NCBI GenBank assembly: GCA_963804955.1
Contig: CAWDSQ010000007.1
Span: 352,001-416,000 of the forward strand
Direction of reading: 5' to 3'
Origin: an uncultured delta proteobacterium
GTDB taxonomy: Bacteria; Desulfobacterota; WTBG01; CAIYCZ01; CAIRTM01
DNA: 64,000 nucleotides
Under the pieces are notes generated by a model. It did no database searches. It saw only the letters and a program-made list of their open reading frames with translations, and was not told where the DNA came from. A program made the position numbers and the translations under genes. Shown piece by piece: positions 52,005 to 60,891 of the stretch (the first letter of the stretch is position 1; each line of letters begins with the position of its first letter).

Positions 52005-52796
52005 TTACAGGAGCTTGGCTTCCTTCACTTTCTGGGCCAGATTAGCTCCTGCCTCCTCCGGCGTTTCACCTCCTATGATCTGGCACTCGGTTTTCCGGCG
52101 CGGGGGCTCAGCCAGCCTGACGAGGTTCAATCTCTTCAGTCCGGCTGCGTCAATTCCCAGCGCTTGCGCACTGCGCACCGTGATGGGCATCTTCTGAGCT
52201 GCCTGAAGGTCCTTCAACTTGGGGTATCGCAAATCGCCGATCTCGCTGCTCGCGGTAACCAGGGCCGGCAGGGGAGCCTCAACTACTTCATAGCCGTCCG
52301 ACACCACCCGCTCAACCAGCACCTTCCCATCGCTGAGTTCCACTTTGCAGGCAGCAGTAATGCAGGGAATCTTCAAAATCTCGGCAATACCGGAACCCAC
52401 CTGGCCGGCATCCGTATCCGCCGCCTGCCTTCCGCAGAGGATAAGATCGTATTCGCCAATCTCCCGTATGGCGGCGACTAACAGGTGAGCTGTTGCATAG
52501 CTGTCGAGCTTTTCAAAGGCATTGTCTTCCAGCAGGATCAGCTCATCAGCACCCGAAGCTAAAGATTTCCTCAGTACCGGCTTCGCGAGGTTTCGCCCGG
52601 CGCTTATCACCGTTATCCTGGCGCCGTGAGCATCCTTTATCTTGATGGCAGCTTCCAGTGCATTCTCATCGTAGGGACTCATCACCGGCGGGGTGCCTTG
52701 CGGCACTATCACCCGCATTGCTTCAGAGTCGACTTTAGTGCCCGAGGAGGAAGCCTGCGGATCAGGCACCTGTTTAATACAGACGATTATTCTCAT
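52005..52796 (-). CDS. etfB: electron transfer flavoprotein beta subunit
   Basis: IIVCIKQVPD, PYDENALEAA, CGRQAADTDAGQVG and LRYP. Confidence 0.95.
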   Translation of the reverse strand: MRIIVCIKQVPDPQASSSGTKVDSEAMRVIVPQGTPPVMSPYDENALEAAIKIKDAHGARITVISAGRNLAKPVLRKSLASGADELILLEDNAFEKLDSYATAHLLVAAIREIGEYDLILCGRQAADTDAGQVGSGIAEILKIPCITAACKVELSDGKVLVERVVSDGYEVVEAPLPALVTASSEIGDLRYPKLKDLQAAQKMPITVRSAQALGIDAAGLKRLNLVRLAEPPRRKTECQIIGGETPEEAGANLAQKVKEAKLL

Positions 52797-54445
52797 GTTC
52801 CTTCTCCCTCTTGTGACGGCTCCGCTCCCCAGAAGTAGTTACCACTCCCAACTCCGTTAGGGTCAAGCGCTGCCTTGAGCTTGCGCTGCCAATTGTATTC
52901 CGGCGACCGTGAAAGCTTCTTGGCGCGAGCATCTGCGTCGGCATGCGTAGCCCGTGCCAGCCCGAACAGCATCCCTCCGGGAGGGCGGCCCTGTGCAGCT
53001 TTTAATCTGTCCCCTTCGTCTGAACACTCCGCTGCAGCCTTTGATGAATCAGGGTCCTGTGGATCATAGAAAACAAAATCCTCCCATCCGGTGACACCTC
53101 CGCCGCCTTGTCCACCGACGGGTCCCATCGCCTGGTCACCGGCATCAGCGATTCTGCCGGCATATTTCTTCAATAGCGCCTTGCCGGCTTCGATTTCCCC
53201 GGATGCCCACACATCCGGTGTTGCTACCGAGTTATAGGTATCAATAAAACCGCCGGTGGCCGTGAAATTGACGCTTTTGAAGCAGAGCTTCAGCATGAAC
53301 AAGAGCACGTACTGCTGCATAGCCGGCTCATCTACTACTGCTATGTTCCATCCACCGGTCTCACTCAGTATCTGGTCCAGAACTTTCTTCTGGTACTCAA
53401 GGTCCCGTGGCGTCATACCGACCATAATAAGCTGGAAATTGCGCTGCATCTCTTCAGTCAGCTTTTGTATTTCCGGCGTGTCCAGCAGTTCCGGAATATC
53501 GCAGAGCTGCTTCGTAGGATCGGTTACTATTCTCAGAAAAGCGGCCTGCAGCTCATCGCCCCACATGACGAACTGCCGGTGAGCGATATAGCCTATTTCC
53601 GAGTCGTAGATTCTGTAGATCGCATCAGCAAAGGCCTGCAGGCTGGGGAAGGCCGGGAACGCAGCTTTGAAAAGGTCCTCCGGAAGCTGCGACTTATAGG
53701 ACGGCACGGTACCTTCAATGGCAATCTGCGCCGGGCCGGGCCAATGAACGAGCCGTATGGCAATCTTGGTCACAACGCCCCACCCCCCGGCGCCTCCCAG
53801 GGAGCCCCTGATGATTCCCTGCGTGCTCGGGCCCGGCCCCTCGGCGCAGAACCAGCCGAGGCCTGAACCCTGAGAGCCTGTCCTGAGGATGTCACCCGTA
53901 GGCATGACCCACTCTATGGAAAGAATACTGTCCTGAGGAGAAGCAAAATAGATGACATCCGGCCCCCCGCCCTGAAAACAGCAGGCATTGGCAAGGACCG
54001 AAGTTCCTGCGCCGGCGCCACTGATATGATTGTTCAAACCAACCTTCATGGCTTCGGCCTGAAGCTGCGCAGCAACCACATACGGCTCAACCACGGCAAA
54101 CATATTTTGCTCGTCTATTTCCAGTATTTTATCCATCCGCCTCAGGTCCATGAGGATCTGCCCCTTGGCCGGCACGGCAGCCCATGGTCCCCACCCCGTA
54201 CTGAAGCAATGATACTGTATCTTATAGCGGTTGCAGGCTTTAACAATAGCCTGAACATCCTCCGTACTTCCCGGCATAAGCACGGCCTCGGGCCTGTCAA
54301 AGAACTTGCTGCCGCCGGTTACGTCGGTTACGAGCTCAGCCATCCATTGATAAGCATATGAATCCAGCGTCGCCGGCTCCTCCGTGATATTATCCGGCCC
54401 CACAATACCTTCCAGGGTTTCATATACTTCTCTGGGTAATGCCAT
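52793..54445 (-). CDS. FAD-binding oxidoreductase (VAO/PCMH, GlcD-like)
   Basis: PEAVLMPGSTEDVQAIVK, DLRRMDKILEIDE..AVVEP, EWVMPTGDILRTGS and LKAALDPNG. Confidence 0.88.
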   Translation of the reverse strand: MALPREVYETLEGIVGPDNITEEPATLDSYAYQWMAELVTDVTGGSKFFDRPEAVLMPGSTEDVQAIVKACNRYKIQYHCFSTGWGPWAAVPAKGQILMDLRRMDKILEIDEQNMFAVVEPYVVAAQLQAEAMKVGLNNHISGAGAGTSVLANACCFQGGGPDVIYFASPQDSILSIEWVMPTGDILRTGSQGSGLGWFCAEGPGPSTQGIIRGSLGGAGGWGVVTKIAIRLVHWPGPAQIAIEGTVPSYKSQLPEDLFKAAFPAFPSLQAFADAIYRIYDSEIGYIAHRQFVMWGDELQAAFLRIVTDPTKQLCDIPELLDTPEIQKLTEEMQRNFQLIMVGMTPRDLEYQKKVLDQILSETGGWNIAVVDEPAMQQYVLLFMLKLCFKSVNFTATGGFIDTYNSVATPDVWASGEIEAGKALLKKYAGRIADAGDQAMGPVGGQGGGGVTGWEDFVFYDPQDPDSSKAAAECSDEGDRLKAAQGRPPGGMLFGLARATHADADARAKKLSRSPEYNWQRKLKAALDPNGVGSGNYFWGAEPSQEGEGT

Positions 54446-54461
54446 AGGTAATTCCTTCCTG

Positions 54462-55743
54462 TTAGAGTGCTTCGCGCACAAGATCTAAAATGTCATACAC
54501 TTTCATCGTTTCATTACGATCCGTAACGGCATCAAGAAAATTTCGCTCACAATGGGGACAGGCGCTCACGATCGCCTCGGCGCCCGTGGCCTGTGCCTCT
54601 GCAATCCTCTCTCCGGCAGTCCATGAGGAGAATTCCGGGTACCGTTCCCGCACCCCTGCGCCGGCGCCGCAACACCACGCATATTCCCTGTTTCTTTCCA
54701 TCTCGACGAGCTTGATACCCGGAATGCTTCTCAGTACATTCCGCGGCGTGTCATACACTACCCTGTGCTCCGTTATACCGGGGCTTGCGTGGCTCCCATA
54801 CCAGGATCTGCCCGCGAATTTTCTTCTGCTCGCCCTTCCAGGGCACATGGGGTTCTCCGCGTCTTCCCAGATGGCAGGGATCATGATAGGTGACCGTCAG
54901 GGGAACTTCTTTTGTAAATTTCAGCTTGCCTTCATTAATAAGCCGTTCAAGAAATTCCGTGATGTGAATGACCTCGAACTTATAATTTTTCAACTCATCA
55001 GGATACAGGCGCTTGAATGCATGGTAGCAATCGGAGCAGCCGGTAACCACTGTTTTTACCCCTGCAGTAGTCCAGGCTTCTTGATTATTCTCAGCATATT
55101 TGAGAAATTCCCCCCGATAGCCCATATCACAAACCCTGCCGCCGCAGCAGTTCTCATCTCGCCCCATGATGCCGAAATCAATGCCGGCATTTTTAAGCAG
55201 GCCCACCACCGTTCTGGGTATCCTCCAGAGCTCCTTATCAAAACTGTATCGACAGCCGACGTGGAACACAACTTCAGCCTTCTCCCGGGTGAGATCTTTT
55301 ACCTCCAGACCCTCGGCCCAGTTGGCGCGATCAGCCTTGGGCTCCATCATCATGTTGTCCTCCTTGCGGAGGTGCTCTATGAGGGGAATATCCTGAAACG
55401 GGAAGCAGCCTTTGTCTATCATTTCAAATCGTAATTGACGCATCACCTCTACGGGTTCCAGATCATACCGGTTAACCTTGCAGGCAACGTCACAGCACCC
55501 GTCCAGCATGCATTTGAAAACGATGTCCACCAGCCCTTCATCAAAGTAACTGCTCCTCTCCTCGAGAAGGGACAGGGACGTGCTTAATCGTCCACTGGCC
55601 GAATAGCTCTGAAACTTGTTATACTCTATGCTGGGACAGCCTTTTGCAAAGCGCCAACTCTTCACATGGGCAAGCGGGATCCATTTGCAGTATGAGCACT
55701 TGGCGCATCGTGCTGCGGTTGCCCTATAATCTTCCAGTGCCAC
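54462..55743 (-). CDS. Fe-S oxidoreductase (GlcF/HdrD-like; 4Fe-4S plus two CCG domains); frameshift near 54760
   Basis: CAKCSYC, CMLDGCCDVAC, ENCCG, TYHDPCHLGR, WCCGAGAG and SACPHC. Confidence 0.9.
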
Positions 55744-55773
55744 TTTATACCTCCTGTTTGGTTTAGCCCCGGC

Positions 55774-57289
55774 CTAAAAACAAAGCTTGCCGGGGTTCAA
55801 TACATTATTGGGATCGAATAGTGCCTTCAGCTGCTTTGACAGAGCCGTATGCTCGGGATTTCTACCATAGGCCATGTCTGACCAAATTCCGTATGGGCGG
55901 GTATAGAAGGCTCCCTGGTTTGACAGTTTTTCACTGGCCTTGGCGAACAGCCCCTGAACCATGGCTACCTCCTTCTCGTCGCCCGGATCATAGGGCAGAC
56001 TAAATTCCACATGGCAGCTTGTTCCCATGTGCGTCGGCTGAATATACATGCCCAGATCCGGTAGCGGATAGCTGGAGGCTTCCGCCAATTCGCTCATCGT
56101 CGCTGTGAACTCGGGCGCTCTGTTCAGTGTGGTGAGAAAAAAGATGTCCTGGCAGCCGCCCTTGTTGCGAAGTTTCCAGTACGGTTCTTTTGAGGGATTA
56201 AGCACTGCTTCCGCCACCTGTCCGCCTGTTGCCCCGGGAATTGCCGACTCCGGACGCACGTTACATTGCTGAGCTATATCGGTAATATCCTTTTCGAGAA
56301 ATTCAACCCGTTCCTGCGCAAGTGATGTCACGCCCGGTCACACCCAAAACGAGCGTCCACGGGGGCAACTCTTTGCGCAAGGACATAACCTGCTCAGTTT
56401 CTTCTCCCAGGAGAGACGCTAAAGCGGATCTGTTTATCAGCATTAATTCATCATGAAACCGTATCCGCAAGAGCTTATAAGCAAAGCCGATAAGAGTTTC
56501 AAGCCCATCAGCAGGCACCAGGAAAAACTTTTGAGCCTTGGGCAGCACTTCGCATCTCAGCGATGCCCAGGTGACAATACCCATGGTTCCCTGGGCTGCC
56601 GACACCAGTTTATGATAATTAAACTGCCCGGGGCCATATTGGTAGAGCGCCGTACCCTGTATTTTTTTTTGTTTTTCAAGCAGTTCTTCTATCGGGACGA
56701 GTTTCTCCTCCTCCCTGGTGGAGGTGCTGACACCGGCGCCGGCAAGCTCACCGGTCCGAAACATCTCTCCGTTGCCCATGACCGTTTCAATACACCGCAG
56801 CGGCTCATTCAGCGACCAGGCATACCGGGGGTTCGTTATCGGCTCTCGTTCCAAAACACTGCCCAGCACGGATTTAGTGGCACGCGGTTTCAATGGCATG
56901 GAAAGTCTCAGGCCTTGCTTGGCCAGTTCCGGCTGAAGCTGGCTAAAGGTCACCCCTGGCTCAATAAGAGCCACCCGGTTCCTCCGGTCCATCATGATAA
57001 TCCGCTTCATTCCGCTCAGGTCCACAATAACCGCCCCCTCTGAGGCGGGAACACTGTCGCCACGGAAGTGCGGCGGCCCTGAGCTTACCGGAACCAGCGG
57101 CGTTTTTGTCTGGTTGGCCCACTTTACTATACCCTGCACTTCATCGGCATTCTTAGGCCTTACCACCATCAGGGGCTTCCTTGACGGGACAAAGCTGTGG
57201 TCCCTGGAGTACTCATCCAATGTAGCCGGATCATCGATTACATTCTCCGCACCAACAATCTTTATGAGCTCATCTTTTTTTTCGGCCAT
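55774..57289 (-). CDS. FAD-binding oxidoreductase (GlcD/E-like); frameshift near 56320
   Basis: VVRPKNADEVQ, VDLSGMKRI, IEPGVTF, AQGTMGIVT and LFDPNNVLNPGKL. Confidence 0.88.
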
Positions 57290-57477
57290 GTATACCTCAC
57301 TGTATCCTCTGAAATTTTCTTATTCTTATCTGCGGCAGGGATCTAAAAAGCTATCGACAGTGCTTCAGTCCAGGCCAATGCAACCTGCAATGGATGCATT
57401 CGACATATTTAAACTTGAGAAATACACTTCGCCGAAAATATCCAGTTCGGGTCTGATACATAATTAATTTTTTATAT

Positions 57478-57533
57478 GTAGTCTCTAAGACTACATCTAA
57501 AGGGATTATAAGTTGATTTTTAAAACTTGTCAA
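57478..57533 (-). promoter_or_regulatory. consensus sigma70 promoter with perfect palindromic operator
   Basis: Minus-strand TTGACA (57528-33)-17-TATAAT (57505-10); GTAGTC-tctaa-GACTAC at 57478-57494. Confidence 0.8.
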
Positions 57534-57744
57534 GATAAAAATCCGGCAGGAACGCGTGCAGCGTTCTATAGTTTGTCTAAAACAACCCTGCATGACGGTC
57601 CTTCGAGTTACCCACAGAGACGGCTGCATGAAAAATCCGGATATACGCGGAGATTAATTCCGGGTTATTCCGGTCAACGCACGTTTTATTCCGGCTCAAC
57701 TTTGGGCCCCGGAGCATCATGGCCGGCTGGGGCAATTTTGTTTT

Positions 57745-57951
57745 CTACACCGGTGTTTGCATAAAAAGTTTCTGTACAAGTGCTTTTTCCCACAATCCCA
57801 TAAGCGTGCACCTTTCGGGCTTTGTATTTTCATAGCCGGCAAGAGCTGGTTTCATTTTCACAAGCGGTTTTAGCAAAACAACTTTTTGAACGAGGGCATT
57901 TTCCCACAATTTCATGAGCACAATGAGACTTTGCATGTTTATTTCCGCCAT
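57745..57951 (-). CDS. 68-aa protein with duplicated LMxLWExALVQK motif
   Basis: GGAGG RBS, its own promoter, and an internal repeat at both protein and DNA level. Confidence 0.55.
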   Translation of the reverse strand: MAEINMQSLIVLMKLWENALVQKVVLLKPLVKMKPALAGYENTKPERCTLMGLWEKALVQKLFMQTPV

Positions 57952-58022
57952 ACGGCCTCCTGTAAAAGTTACGGTGTACACAGATAATCTAAAAGCAGTG
58001 CAAAGCAAATGCTGCTGGCAAA

Positions 58023-58064
58023 GTATGCTTAAAGAATAATACCATTAACCTTATAGCATGTCAA
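58023..58064 (-). promoter_or_regulatory. promoter with operator overlapping -10
   Basis: Minus-strand TTGACA (58059-64)-17-TATTAT (58036-41); GTATGC-ttaaa-GAATAA at 58023-58039. Confidence 0.65.
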
Positions 58065-58799
58065 GAAAAACATGGGTGTTTTAGAGCCCCCGGATACCAT
58101 GACCAATAAGCGGCAGGGCGGTGGTTCACATTTCAAAAACAAACGCGCTCGTTTAATAATTCTTTATAAAAGCTGTGTTTTTTGAGGTTGTCATTTTAGC
58201 CGGCTGTTTTTACAGAGGTCCGGTCGAGAAGCACTGGTTAAAGCCATATAATATTTTGAAATTCAAACCATTTAAATATCGTAATAATACGAAGCCGGTT
58301 CCCTGTCAAGCTTTTTTTAAAATATTTTAATATATTCAGGGCCAGTGTCTGGAAGCGCCAGCCGGACGAGGCAGGCAGGTCAGGCGGGCTTTTTATCGCT
58401 GGTGATTAATCCCGGTTAAAAAATGGACCTTAGTAGAAACCGGAAAGAAACAGTACCATAATCAGAGGAATGGCTTTCGGCGGAGCTTTTTCCTGCTTGC
58501 TGTGCTTTCAGATCCTTCATCGGGCGTAAGTCTTGCGCGCACAGGCAGTTCCTGGCAGCCGTTTATAGCTACCATGGGAACAGGTTGCTTGATTCCGGGC
58601 GATGGGAAGGGGCATACAGTAAGCAAACGCTGCAATTGCATGCTTCAGACACAATCCAATCACAGCATGTCTCAAAGGAGCCGTCGGCGGCTCCGGGGCA
58701 AAGAGACTGTTCTTGCTTTACGCGTTAAAATAAACCACGGAATACTTGACTCCACCGGCATTTTTCTTATCCGTTATCTGCGCATACCCATGTGGCTTT

Positions 58800-59279
58800 T
58801 TATCGTGATCGTGTTATCCTGAAGCAGCACTCATTGTCGCCTGCGGGCTTATGTTTCATTCTTTCCCATTTTGCAACTTTGTATTTTCCCCCCAAAACAC
58901 AGTCCATATCACAGATAATCGGGCAGGGATCGGGCAGGTTGCGCTTCCTTGTTGCCTCAAGATGCGGACAGTGCTCAAGATGTTCATACCAGACCGGCTC
59001 GCCGTTTTCTTCACCCTTTTCTATCCATATTTTCCATCCGTTGGCGGGAAACATATCGATTTCGTACATCATGATATCGCCGATATCTTTGCCCTCAAAT
59101 ATCTTTATTCTTTTCTTAAAATTGGATTCAAACAAATCATGATAAATTGCTGAGCCTTTTTCTTGCCCGTAACAATCCAGAAGGTTTTGATACAGCAGGG
59201 GAAGCTTGAGGGCATTCTGCGCAACGAGCAAATCGCGCTGCTTTTCAATAGGCATTTCTTTCCCTATAACTTTTTCCAT
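58800..59279 (-). CDS. ATC-hydrolase/V4R-like four-Cys protein
   Basis: HCPHLEA, DPCPIICDMD and GDNECCFRI; AAGGAGG RBS. Confidence 0.7.
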   Translation of the reverse strand: MEKVIGKEMPIEKQRDLLVAQNALKLPLLYQNLLDCYGQEKGSAIYHDLFESNFKKRIKIFEGKDIGDIMMYEIDMFPANGWKIWIEKGEENGEPVWYEHLEHCPHLEATRKRNLPDPCPIICDMDCVLGGKYKVAKWERMKHKPAGDNECCFRITRSR

Positions 59280-59619
59280 ACACAATCCTCCTTGTGTGTA
59301 ATTATTTTTTATTTGGATAAGCGTGACGCCGCTTTTACAGATACTTCTCTCTGTTGACAGGGGCACATGTACGTGAGGCATGCAAAACATTACCGCACAG
59401 AGCTCGCCAGCCCTCGGTCAATCGAGGGAAAACGCCCCCAAAACACTCGCTTGTTTTTAAGGGCTCCACGACGTCAAGCACTTTGTCGATTTTATCTTCC
59501 GGTGTTATCGCCCTGAGCGCAGCAATTATATTTTCTTCCCGTATCGAACGGCCATCGCCAGCAGTATATTCTACGGCACGGGCTCCGCCGCTGCTGGCGG
59601 AGCCGCTCAAGGCTTGTCT

Positions 59620-59660
59620 AAAGTCGTACAGACTATAAATAATGCAATGTACTTTGTCAA
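59620..59660 (-). promoter_or_regulatory. promoter with operator overlapping -10
   Basis: Minus-strand TTGACA (59655-60)-17-TATAGT (59632-37); AAAGTC-gtaca-GACTAT at 59620-59636. Confidence 0.6.
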
Positions 59661-59788
59661 CATAATACCTTATAAACAGTTCTGTGTGAATAATTCCACT
59701 TAAATATTTTTTGGACGCAGGCGGTGATTTCTTGTATGTGTATTTTAGCGCAGCTCAAGGGGCTCTGCTCAGCTTGCATGTATCGGGC

Positions 59789-60592
59789 TCATAATCCGAA
59801 CTCCCCGAGAAGATTCCGGGAGGCATATTCATCGGAATTAAATCTCTCTGCTGCCTTTTCATCGGTCAGCCAGTCGATTTTTGAGCCTGTTGTGGTATTA
59901 GACAATATATTCTCCACCAGAAACGGCGTTACGGTTTCAACCTTGTCTGCAAGTATATTGTAGATCATTCGAACCTTCTCATACTCTTCCTTAGGCATTT
60001 TCTTCATGTTTTCAATCAAAAAATCCGTTATCACGATACCGGGGCCAAGGGTGCCGACCTGAACAGGGGTTTCCGCAGTTTCCCTGACAAGGGATTCAGT
60101 AAAATATCTCAGGGCGCGTTTCGTAGTTCCGTAAACAGTAAATCCCGCCCGCATATTGTCATTGCTTCCCATGCCCTCCATATTATAAATCTGGCCCCCG
60201 CCCTGCCCCAGCATCCCTTGTAATGCGACATGGGTGCCGTACATAAGGCCAAGAATATTGGTATTGACGACTGCTGCAATCTCAGCAGGGTCAAGCTCCC
60301 AGTAGCGCACTGCCGTATTCATTATGCCGGCATTGTTGATCCATATGTCAACACGGCCGAATGAACGGGTCGCCTCATCCCATAAAAAGCGTGCCTGGTT
60401 GAGGTCGGTAATATCGCAGGGCACAGCTATAACGAACCCATCACCGAATTCATCAGCAAGCTTTTTTCGTTCTGCTTCCAGCCTTTCAGTGCCGCGGGCA
60501 CTGAGCGCCACCCGGCAGTTCCGTTTGAGAAATTCTCGTGCCAGCCCTAAGCCAATGCCCTGGCTGCTTCCGGTAATAACTACTGACTGCAT
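59789..60592 (-). CDS. short-chain dehydrogenase resembling chlorophyll(ide) b reductase (NOL/NYC1 subfamily)
   Basis: TGSSQGIG..LAREFL, DIWINNAG, TNILGLM, GGQIYNMEGMGS, YGTTKR, PGIVITDFL and NILADKVETV. Confidence 0.75.
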   Translation of the reverse strand: MQSVVITGSSQGIGLGLAREFLKRNCRVALSARGTERLEAERKKLADEFGDGFVIAVPCDITDLNQARFLWDEATRSFGRVDIWINNAGIMNTAVRYWELDPAEIAAVVNTNILGLMYGTHVALQGMLGQGGGQIYNMEGMGSNDNMRAGFTVYGTTKRALRYFTESLVRETAETPVQVGTLGPGIVITDFLIENMKKMPKEEYEKVRMIYNILADKVETVTPFLVENILSNTTTGSKIDWLTDEKAAERFNSDEYASRNLLGEFGL

Positions 60593-60731
60593 AATAAGCC
60601 CCCTGGTGATTTTTTAATCCTGTTACTACAGCGATCAAGAAAGCCTTAATACGCGAAAGTATGCGGCTGCAACAATGAATGCCCGGTCTTATACTTGTGC
60701 AAGCGTTTCCCGGTTCACATTGTATGGCTGG

Positions 60732-60781
60732 CATAATGCGAGAGGGAGCCCAGGGATCTCCTGGCTCCCTCTCGCATTATG
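60732..60781. repeat. perfect 19-bp inverted repeat (hairpin)
   Basis: CATAATGCGAGAGGGAGCC-N12-GGCTCCCTCTCGCATTATG. Confidence 0.85.
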
Positions 60782-60891
60782 TATGGCAACTTGAGCGGCG
60801 CAACAGCCAGACAGTTAACCAGTGATAAAAGTTTTATATTTCTCCTGTTGCAAACCCATAGCGCACACTGCTTTGAGCTTTAATTAAAACA

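Noticed and set aside
41154..57289. Steroid or aromatic degradation as the sole explanation of the cluster
   Set aside because: The transporter, SCP2 and ETF fit that idea, but I see no CoA ligase, thiolase, acyl-CoA dehydrogenase, KstD or benzoyl-CoA reductase catalytic gene, and it does not explain the FDBR, chelatase and NOL-like genes. It remains the main alternative.
59335..59610. 91-aa minus-strand ORF downstream of an operator-bearing promoter
   Set aside because: TTG start without RBS and no recognisable motif; possibly a gene remnant.
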